From Clostridia bacterium (GTDB taxonomy: Bacteria > Bacillota > Clostridia > Christensenellales > UMGS416), in the NCBI GenBank assembly GCA_016938675.1, contig JAFGUF010000014.1:6668-70667 (forward strand): a DNA stretch of 64,000 nt. The letters are read 5' to 3'. The position numbers and the translations under genes are program-made. The first letter of the stretch is position 1; the number at the start of each line of letters is the position of its first letter. A model generated the notes under the pieces. It saw only the letters and a program-made list of their open reading frames with translations. It was not told where the DNA came from and did no database searches. Of this stretch, positions 43,954-52,209 are shown piece by piece.

Positions 43954-45306
43954 TTATGAAATCGCACCAAAACTTACAAGCAGCGTCCTTACGGTCGGAT
44001 CCTCAACATAAACGAATATTTCATAATTTCCTTCATAGAGCATGGTGTTTACAGACTTGGAGGCATTAAGCACCTCAATAGCTATATCAGCTGAGCCTGA
44101 CGAGCCTTCCGGCTGGAACAGTGCATTCAGCGCTGCCTGCTCAAATCCTAAAATAGCGTTGTACATTTCATCCTCTCCGCTGAATCCAGCGCCAGTAACC
44201 ATCACAAATATGACCTCATCGTTGGAATCGACCTCCAGCATCAGCATTAGGTCGCCATAAAAATACAGAGTCTGGTTTTCAACGCCCGTTCCTATGAAAT
44301 CACTTTTTTCAATTGTTCCAACACCGGCAAGAATACTGTTGCCGGGGAATTGCTTGCGGCTTTCATCCAAATATTTATTGAACTCGCTGAGGTAGGAATC
44401 CAGAGAAAGCTTCTCCGGCTTTCCGTATGCAGGCTGCGGATTTGAAGCTGCGCCTGGTTCCTCGCCGACATCGATTACTGTTCTGCTTTCCGGCATATCA
44501 CCCGGATAAAAAACTATCGCATCCGGCGAAGCGGAAGAATTAAAGTAGTAGGTTACCTCTGTGGCGTTCATGTCCGCGCTAATGCAGGTATATTCCGTGC
44601 CGCCTGAAATGATGGCGCACTCAACAGGAATCTTCCACTCCATATCGCGCATCGGTATCATATCAAATCCTGAGCCTGAAACTATAACTGTTGTATTGCC
44701 CTGGCTGTCTGTCCCTAAGGCGTATGAATTGACTACGTAATTATTCCCGTATGCACTCACTCTGAGCGGCAGCGCTGACTGTGGCGCAGGCTCAGCGGTC
44801 GGCTCAGCAACCGGCTCCTCTGTAGCCGCCTCTTCTATCTTCTCACTCACTTCTTCTTTTGCTGCTTCTGTCTCAACGAACTCAATTTCTACAGTAGCAG
44901 TGGCGGCAAATGCGCGCTCCTCATATTTGCCTGAGGCTTCTTCCACATTTATTTCGAAAACGAATCCATCGCCTGTGCCTTTGGCATAGTAGCTGTCTTT
45001 TTCGTCCTCGCTCTCGTCCACTTTCAAATCGCCGCTGTCGAAAATATCCTCATAGAAGTCTGCGACATCGTCTACATCGTCTTCTGTTCCGTATGAAAGC
45101 TCAATAGTGCCATCATCTTCCTCATACGCGTATACTATAGCATCGTCATAAATAGGGAGTGAATCGTCAGGGTAATCTCTGGCGACTCTTACACCGTCAA
45201 CATATTCCTCCGGCAGCGGATCAATCAGCGAACTAATTGCGCTGCATCCTGTAAACAGAGCCAGCAGGCAAATCATCACTGCAATTAAAAATTTTTTGCT
45301 TTTCAT
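43954..45306 (-). CDS. lipoprotein (450 aa) with the shared acidic N-terminal module
   Basis: Lipobox LFTGC. The module DPLPEEYVDGVRVARDYPDDSLPIYDDAIVY...FYEDIF... is shared with 45380..47380. Confidence 0.75.
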   Translation of the reverse strand: MKSKKFLIAVMICLLALFTGCSAISSLIDPLPEEYVDGVRVARDYPDDSLPIYDDAIVYAYEEDDGTIELSYGTEDDVDDVADFYEDIFDSGDLKVDESEDEKDSYYAKGTGDGFVFEINVEEASGKYEERAFAATATVEIEFVETEAAKEEVSEKIEEAATEEPVAEPTAEPAPQSALPLRVSAYGNNYVVNSYALGTDSQGNTTVIVSGSGFDMIPMRDMEWKIPVECAIISGGTEYTCISADMNATEVTYYFNSSASPDAIVFYPGDMPESRTVIDVGEEPGAASNPQPAYGKPEKLSLDSYLSEFNKYLDESRKQFPGNSILAGVGTIEKSDFIGTGVENQTLYFYGDLMLMLEVDSNDEVIFVMVTGAGFSGEDEMYNAILGFEQAALNALFQPEGSSGSADIAIEVLNASKSVNTMLYEGNYEIFVYVEDPTVRTLLVSFGAIS

Positions 45307-45379
45307 TGTACTTACTCCTCCTATTTGATTTATTTTTTTCAGCTTTATTTCCTATTTATCGGCTATATTCAGGCGCCGC

Positions 45380-47380
45380 CTAGTCAACTATAATGTCAAA
45401 CCTATCTGCAACCTGCTGCCTGAAGTCTGCAATCGCCTGCTCCCTTGTTTTGTTCCCTGCTGTATATTCACGCACCTCTTCCAGCCACAGGGCATTGATT
45501 ACTTCATCATATTGAGTCAGGTTTTGCGCCTTTGCCGCCTTTGCTGCGGGAAGAAAAATCTCAAACATATCCTGTCCGCCCAGAAATTCCAGCGTACCGT
45601 CAGAAGCGGCCATAATTTTACCTGACGCCACGGAATCTTTGGGGCCATCGTCTTCATCCATTGTGCCGGTTGCAAGCATATACTGCAGCCCTGTTTCAGA
45701 GCTGTCAAGAGTAATCCATTCTATTATCTGTGCAATTGCTTCTTTCATCTTGCTGTCTTTATTTGCAAGCGCCCATGTTCCGCCCCAGTGGTAGTCCGTA
45801 GGAGGCACACATACAGCCCAGTCCCCAAATGTATCTCCTGCACTTTGACAAAGCACAAAGTTGACAAACCATGCAGGCCCAAAGAAGCCGAACACCTCAT
45901 TTTCGCCTGTTTCATTCATATCAGCGAACCAATCTTCGCCCCATTTTTGTGTGTTATTATAGTATCCGTTGTCTTCAAGCTGCCTCGATATATCAAGAAA
46001 GGCCTCTCTTTGCGGATCAATATAAAGTCTTCCGTCTGCTATCCATCCCTTCTCAGCGCTGTTTTCAATTACAGTCCATATGTCTTCGCTGCTGGATACT
46101 ATGCAATAGCCCTTATCCTTAAGGTCTGCTGCCGCTTCTAGGAATTTATCCCAGCCCGGCCCTACAATATCCTTTATTTTATCAGGGTCATCTGTTCCCC
46201 ATGTATCAATTGCTATGGATCGCCTATAGATGAATGCGCCGCCTGTAGACTGGTAACAAAGCGCCGCCACTTCTCCCTCCTTATTTGTGCCTATCTCGAA
46301 AATATAAGGCGCAATTTCCGCTTCCTCGGCCAGCGTATGCACGTCTATTCCCAAATCTTCATAGCTGGCGGCAAAGCCGCTTGCATCACCCTGTGTATAT
46401 TTATATACGAAGACAGCCTCAGCGAAATATATGTCCGGCGCGTTTGCCCCGCCTAGTGCCAGCGCCTGATCCAGAGCAGCCGTATAGGAACTGCTTGTAT
46501 TTTCAATAACTGTCGTCTTGATATCATATCCAAAATCCGGGTGCATCTCCATGAATTTCTCAATAATCCCGACTGCCTCGTCTGAAAAACTCCAGATGTT
46601 TATGACCCTCGGATAATTATAAAAGAGCATGTTGTCTATTGTTGTCTTTTCAAAATATGTTTCAGAGCCATCTATTGTTACTGCCATTATGTCCTGTCCG
46701 TCTATAGATTCAAACGAAACCTTAGACTTGGTTTCGACACCATCCACTACGTAAAAAAACGAGTAATCATCCGTAAAGACTATTTCGATACCCTCAGCCT
46801 TTTTTTCGAATCCATCGTATATGTCCATCTTGCTGCCGGAAAACTGGATTGCCTTTCCTTCCAGCCTGTAATCATCCGATAGTGTCCCGCTCATGCCGCA
46901 GGCCATCCACAGCCCCTGCATATTCTTTATGGTCTCTTCTCCCGGCGCATACATCACAATATTTACTTCAACAACTGTTTTGAAGGCGCGGGCCTCATAT
47001 CCGCCGGATGCCTCTTCAATAATTACTTCAAATGTGTAACCTGTGCCTTTGCCGGACGCGATGTATTGTATCCCGTCGTCTTTTATTCCATCCAGTGCCA
47101 ATTTGCCGGACTCAAATATCTCTTCATAGAAATCTATAACATCATCTATGCTGTCGCCGGTTCCATAAAAAAGCGATATACTATCCTCTGAAACCTCCGA
47201 GTCATAGACAACAGCGTCATCATAAATAGCAAGTTCATCATCAGGGTATTCCCTGCTGTATCTTATTCCGTCTACATACTCATCAGGAAGCGGATCCAGT
47301 ATGTCAGCTGTCATTTTGCAGCCGCATAAATAAATTGAGATAGCTATAGCACAAATCAAAACCAGCATATTCTTCTTCAT
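45380..47380 (-). CDS. lipoprotein (666 aa): shared N-terminal module fused to an ABC-type solute-binding-protein-like domain
   Basis: Lipobox YLCGC. The N-module is DPLPDEYVDGIRYSREYPDDELAIYDDAVVY...FYEEIF. The C-terminal half is SBP family-1-like (...PDIYFAE..., ...GFFGPAWF...). Confidence 0.7.
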   Translation of the reverse strand: MKKNMLVLICAIAISIYLCGCKMTADILDPLPDEYVDGIRYSREYPDDELAIYDDAVVYDSEVSEDSISLFYGTGDSIDDVIDFYEEIFESGKLALDGIKDDGIQYIASGKGTGYTFEVIIEEASGGYEARAFKTVVEVNIVMYAPGEETIKNMQGLWMACGMSGTLSDDYRLEGKAIQFSGSKMDIYDGFEKKAEGIEIVFTDDYSFFYVVDGVETKSKVSFESIDGQDIMAVTIDGSETYFEKTTIDNMLFYNYPRVINIWSFSDEAVGIIEKFMEMHPDFGYDIKTTVIENTSSSYTAALDQALALGGANAPDIYFAEAVFVYKYTQGDASGFAASYEDLGIDVHTLAEEAEIAPYIFEIGTNKEGEVAALCYQSTGGAFIYRRSIAIDTWGTDDPDKIKDIVGPGWDKFLEAAADLKDKGYCIVSSSEDIWTVIENSAEKGWIADGRLYIDPQREAFLDISRQLEDNGYYNNTQKWGEDWFADMNETGENEVFGFFGPAWFVNFVLCQSAGDTFGDWAVCVPPTDYHWGGTWALANKDSKMKEAIAQIIEWITLDSSETGLQYMLATGTMDEDDGPKDSVASGKIMAASDGTLEFLGGQDMFEIFLPAAKAAKAQNLTQYDEVINALWLEEVREYTAGNKTREQAIADFRQQVADRFDIIVD

Positions 47381-47999
47381 TTTTCTGCCTCCATGATTAT
47401 AAGTGATCTTTATATTCGCCGGATAAATTTTTATTCACTAAAACTAACTGACAATTACAGCGGCTGATCAAATACGCTGCATCCGTCAATTTTTCTCCTT
47501 ATGTTCAAGGTTTATTTCGCCTGTATAAAAATGGAATCCTGGTTTATATGATGATTTTTGTGCAGGCTGATTTATATACAAATATTTTGTTTTTGATTTT
47601 CGGTGTATTAGTACTAGATGTATGTTTATACTTTTGCGTGATTTGTCAATTGTAAAATATATTTTTATATACAATTGATGAAAAGGTTAGTTGTTATAGT
47701 GCTTGTTAACTTAATTATAATGATATTATCATTAATTGCAACTATTATTTTTAATGGGAAATATTAATACTGATATAAGGATTTCTCCAGTTCAAATTTA
47801 TCAAAATCCAAACTTCTGCTTTCCCTGCAGACGGCATATACCTGATTGTCCTGCGCAAAGCAATTCGACATACAAGATGTTTGCAAAACAAATATACAAA
47901 TGGTATAATCTAACAAGATTTTTCTAATTACAAGTATTGCATTTTTTGAATGTATTCTATGATAATTTTCTATAATATTTAGAGAGGCGATATAACGAC

Positions 48000-50480
48000 A
48001 TGGGAGAAAACCAACCGACCAACCGTGACAGCTACAGGATGCTGCTTGGTATCTTTATCGGAATCGCAGCCGCGGCCGTTATTTTTTTTGTCATTTTTTT
48101 AGCCACAAGAAAAGCACCGGAGGAAAACCCTTTCAGCAAATATCTGCTGTCCGGCCGCTTCGATGAAGCTTACTCGGAATTTGACTCTGCAAACAAAGAC
48201 TACTATCAGCCCTTTGATGAATACCTGCAGAGCATAACAGATAATTATAATAACTCATCAGCAACATATGAAGACTCATCACATATTTTAATGAAGCTCA
48301 AAAGCAGCGGCTTTCCGGCAGAGGCTATAGATGACTCAATCGCTAATCTTGATTCATTGCGCGACTCCAAAGATGCATATATCACTGCGGAGGCTCTATT
48401 CAGCCAAAATAAATATGAAGAAGCTAAAGAAAGCTATCTGAAAGTGTCAGAATCCGACACAAACTACGCCGCCGCCATACAAAAAATAGCAGATATTGAC
48501 GCTATGCTGCAAACCAGCATGGAGAATTATGCAATTGCAGAAGAGCTATATTTAAATAATGACACGGCAGCAGCCTATGAGCAGTACCAGCTGATAGTAA
48601 GCAATGGCGTAAACACGGCAGAAGCACAAAAAAAGATTGCATCCATAGATGACCTAAACCAAGCCTGGGATGCTGAATTCGATAGCGGCAGCTATGATAA
48701 ATGCACATATCCCAATGCCGCAGCCGCAAAAGACGGCATACTGTATCTGCCTTATTCATCAGATAGCCTGCACGCCATAATAAAATATAATACTTTAGGC
48801 GGCACAGCAGAAGCACTGGTTATTTCTAATATAAAAGGAAGCCTTATTATAAGGGGAATAAATATAGTCGGCGACTACATATACTTCATAGCAGGCGAGA
48901 ACGTGGGCACCGGAAAAGGGTATGCCAACCCATACAGCATATACCGGATGAAAACTGACGGCTCCGAGCTGGCGCTGGCAGCATCCGGAAATTACACAGA
49001 CTTAATAGCCTACAAAGACGGCTTCTACGCTGCCTCCTATTCAGACGGGCTTATAAAAACGGATAGAAACCTGAAGCCAATAGAAATGATATCTGAAAGC
49101 ACACCTGCACAGATGCAGCTGGTTAATGATAAGCTTTACTACACTGTAGGAGAATATATACCGGGCGACCCGGCCAGATATATCCCCGTAGACAGGGTGA
49201 ACGCCCAGTACGTATATGACGGCAGCAGCATAGAAAAGATTAAAGAAGGTACGCTTCTGCAATTCGGCATATATGACGAATCCGAACTGTACTCCGAGCA
49301 GGTATATGAATTCTACGAGAAGATATTTATAGCAAACGAGTCTGACGGCACCAGCCGTCTGATTGCATACGACGACATAAAGAATGTTTTCGGCTTGGTT
49401 GGCGGCAATGCACTCTACACTATCGAAACCTTAAGCGGCAAAGATACATACTATGTATATAGTTTGGAAAACCGCATTTCCAGCGACCGCACATATTATG
49501 TCCGTACTGATGCAAGAGGAGTGGAGGGCATCTACTACGAGGGCGAAATGGTCGTCTTCTCAACTGCTGACGGATTTGTAATCACAGACAGCAGCCTGAA
49601 TTATGTAAATGAAATTGATTTTTCTGCGCTTGACATAAACTCTATGGAAGCAGTCACAGATATATCATTTGAAAACAGCCCTGAATATACCGATGAAGAG
49701 GTTGTGATAGTTGAGGATGAATACTGGCATTACTCCAACAGCACATATTACATCACCATTGAAAGCAGGTATTTAGGCGATATTGACACGAATATATTCA
49801 TAGCCGATATCAGAACAACTGACCCTGCCGGAGTGCGTGTGGACAGCCCCACAGACAACGACCATATCCCGTTTATCCGCAAGGACCCGCTCAATCTTGC
49901 GCGCCAGTTCAGCGCTATTTTGGCATGCAACGGCGATTTCTTCGATGAGGCATCCAACGAGTGGACGGGGATATCCATCAGGGAAGGAATAGTATACAAA
50001 AAGCAACTGGTACAGGACATGATGGCCATATATCCTGACGGCAGCCTCGTTTGCTATACAGCCGAGGACAACATAAGATATGAAGACCTTTTATATGACG
50101 GCGTTCGAGATACGCTATCTTTCGGGCCAATGCTTATTAATCACAGCGATTACGGCAAAAACATCTACTCTCATTTCCTCGCAGGGGCAAATCCGCGGTG
50201 CTCGCTAGGAATGATTGAACCGGGGCACTATGTGCTCATTGTAGTTGACGGTCGCCAGCCCGGCAGCACCGGCATAACCTTAAAAAGGCTTGCTGATTTG
50301 TTTCTGGAAAAAGGCTGCTCAGTTGCATACAACCTGGACGGCGGACAATCCGCTACTATGATGTTTATGGGCGAGTATGTAAATACACATGATAATGATT
50401 ATTCCTGCAAAACATTCCGCATCATCGGCGAAATTGTATTTTTCGGCACATCTGATTTAGTTCCCGGCGAGAATAATTAG
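48000..50480 (+). CDS. membrane-anchored TPR-like / DUF5050-like beta-propeller / phosphodiester glycosidase (DUF2233-like) protein (826 aa)
   Basis: N-terminal TM helix. YIYFIAGE...PYSIYRMKTDGSEL has propeller blades. The C-terminus is ...ILACNGDFFD...GITLKRLADLFLEKGCSVAYNLDGGQSATMMF. Confidence 0.7.
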   Translation: MGENQPTNRDSYRMLLGIFIGIAAAAVIFFVIFLATRKAPEENPFSKYLLSGRFDEAYSEFDSANKDYYQPFDEYLQSITDNYNNSSATYEDSSHILMKLKSSGFPAEAIDDSIANLDSLRDSKDAYITAEALFSQNKYEEAKESYLKVSESDTNYAAAIQKIADIDAMLQTSMENYAIAEELYLNNDTAAAYEQYQLIVSNGVNTAEAQKKIASIDDLNQAWDAEFDSGSYDKCTYPNAAAAKDGILYLPYSSDSLHAIIKYNTLGGTAEALVISNIKGSLIIRGINIVGDYIYFIAGENVGTGKGYANPYSIYRMKTDGSELALAASGNYTDLIAYKDGFYAASYSDGLIKTDRNLKPIEMISESTPAQMQLVNDKLYYTVGEYIPGDPARYIPVDRVNAQYVYDGSSIEKIKEGTLLQFGIYDESELYSEQVYEFYEKIFIANESDGTSRLIAYDDIKNVFGLVGGNALYTIETLSGKDTYYVYSLENRISSDRTYYVRTDARGVEGIYYEGEMVVFSTADGFVITDSSLNYVNEIDFSALDINSMEAVTDISFENSPEYTDEEVVIVEDEYWHYSNSTYYITIESRYLGDIDTNIFIADIRTTDPAGVRVDSPTDNDHIPFIRKDPLNLARQFSAILACNGDFFDEASNEWTGISIREGIVYKKQLVQDMMAIYPDGSLVCYTAEDNIRYEDLLYDGVRDTLSFGPMLINHSDYGKNIYSHFLAGANPRCSLGMIEPGHYVLIVVDGRQPGSTGITLKRLADLFLEKGCSVAYNLDGGQSATMMFMGEYVNTHDNDYSCKTFRIIGEIVFFGTSDLVPGENN

Positions 50481-50513
50481 ATTTTATTCGCATCATTTAA
50501 ATATATCATTTGG

Positions 50514-50556
50514 AAGCTGAGTTTCCCTTAACATTTGGAAAGGGACTCAGCTTTTG
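50514..50556 (+). terminator. intrinsic terminator after 48000..50480
   Basis: aagctgagtttccc...gggactcagctt followed by ttgattt. Confidence 0.6.
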
Positions 50557-50669
50557 ATTTGATGCCTGCATGGAGAGCCTAATCGCTGAAGAGAAAATTT
50601 CTGATTAAAAATGGATTGTTAAAATACTTTAATTATTGAGTGGCAAGTAAGCTAAGGAAAACCACCTGT

Positions 50670-52178
50670 CTACTGACCCACCACATCGCCGGAAAAAAGC
50701 GGCGGAAGATTGAAAAGCTCCTGCATATCAATATACACCTGCGCATCCTTAGAGCGCCAACCGCCATGAGTGGGCGATTTCGCCTGACTGACTATAACGG
50801 TGTCTGCAAGAGTCTCCCTTAGTTCTGCAATCTGGCTGCCTGAAAAATATGTACTCACTATCCAAAGCCTCTCAAGCTGAGTCATCTCAAGCAGCGCGCC
50901 TGTGTCCCGCGCGAAGGTCATGCTGCAGTTCAAGTGCTTAAGGTTTGCAAGATTGGTCAACGGATAAAGATCCGACACGCCGGTGTTGAAAATCTCCAGA
51001 TACATCAAGTTATCAAGCCCTGAAATAGGCGACAGATCCTTGATTCCGGTCATAGCCACTATCAGGTACTGAAGTTCCGACATATATTCAAGGAATGAAA
51101 AATCCGTAAGATGCCACTGATGCCCTAAATCCAAAGCTATCAAATCCGTGCAGTATTTAAGCTCGGTTGTATCCTCATCATAAAGATTTCTGCCGCCTCC
51201 GAGGAAATATCCGCCTTCAAATTCTTCCATGTTTCCCGTGCTGAATGCCTTTATATCTGTGCGTATCTCCCAGTTCCTTACGTGAATCATCCATACGAAT
51301 TTTTTGTCCGGGTAGTTATTCTGCAACGTTTCCATCTCTTCATTGGATAGCCCGCAGTAGCACATATCAATGTATTCTGCATTCGGAAGCATGGCAATCT
51401 CGTCATTCAGCTTCTCAAAGTCGTCTATAATAGTTCCTGATATATCTATATTTGTAGTATCGGGAGTAATCAGCCTGCCTGCTAGCTCCGCATCCCAAAT
51501 GATTTCTGTATCGGGAAAGGCATCCTTAAGCTCAGCTGTTTCATCCGGATTCAATATGGAAACACCGAAATACACCTGCCTTAGATCATCGAAGTAGAAG
51601 AGCGAATTCACAAGGCTTTCTATATCCACTTTATCCAGTGCCAGGATTTCTATATTGCTTTCATCATTGGTGAAAGTATAGTTGCCTATCTCAATATTAA
51701 CTTTGAATGATGCATTAGGATAAGCATCTTTAAGGGCTCTGTATCCCTCCGGCGGAATGCCGCCGCTTTTTAATAGGACCTCTCTAAGATTATAAAAGAA
51801 GCTGAGTTTATATATTAATTCGTCTGTATCATCTGTTGTGCACATTGAAATATCCAGCGATGCAGCGCTGCTATCATAATTATTGCCGCAGATATTTACA
51901 TCAAAAATCACTCTGCAATCCGGCAGCTGTGTGCGTATATATTCCGCGTCGCTCAATGATATTCCAGTGTCCCGCAGGTCAATCTGCTTAAGGTTATAAA
52001 GCTGATAAACAGCTGAAAAGTCGGAAATGCTGCTCCCTTTAAGGTCGAGCTCTTGTGTATCGACGGGTATCTCCTCGCCGCTTATATTAACTGTCTCTAT
52101 TTTTTCCTCACCTGTGCAGCCGAAAACCGAAACGGAGGCCAGCGCAAGCAGCATAAGCAGAAATGTTTTTTTGTTCAT
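50670..52178 (-). CDS. leucine-rich-repeat lipoprotein (502 aa)
   Basis: Lipobox VSVFGC. LRRs such as IKDLSPISGLDNLMYLEIFNTGVSDLYPLTNLANLKHL. Confidence 0.75.
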   Translation of the reverse strand: MNKKTFLLMLLALASVSVFGCTGEEKIETVNISGEEIPVDTQELDLKGSSISDFSAVYQLYNLKQIDLRDTGISLSDAEYIRTQLPDCRVIFDVNICGNNYDSSAASLDISMCTTDDTDELIYKLSFFYNLREVLLKSGGIPPEGYRALKDAYPNASFKVNIEIGNYTFTNDESNIEILALDKVDIESLVNSLFYFDDLRQVYFGVSILNPDETAELKDAFPDTEIIWDAELAGRLITPDTTNIDISGTIIDDFEKLNDEIAMLPNAEYIDMCYCGLSNEEMETLQNNYPDKKFVWMIHVRNWEIRTDIKAFSTGNMEEFEGGYFLGGGRNLYDEDTTELKYCTDLIALDLGHQWHLTDFSFLEYMSELQYLIVAMTGIKDLSPISGLDNLMYLEIFNTGVSDLYPLTNLANLKHLNCSMTFARDTGALLEMTQLERLWIVSTYFSGSQIAELRETLADTVIVSQAKSPTHGGWRSKDAQVYIDMQELFNLPPLFSGDVVGQ

Positions 52179-52209
52179 ATATTAATTCACCAATATTTCC
52201 GGAATATTT

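Noticed and set aside
47381-47999. 620-nt AT-rich spacer with small ORFs 47486..47674 and 47736..47927, considered as a hidden gene or ncRNA
   Set aside because: The ORF translations are low-complexity and lack an RBS. No stable helices or repeats were evident. It is most simply a promoter-rich divergent intergenic region.
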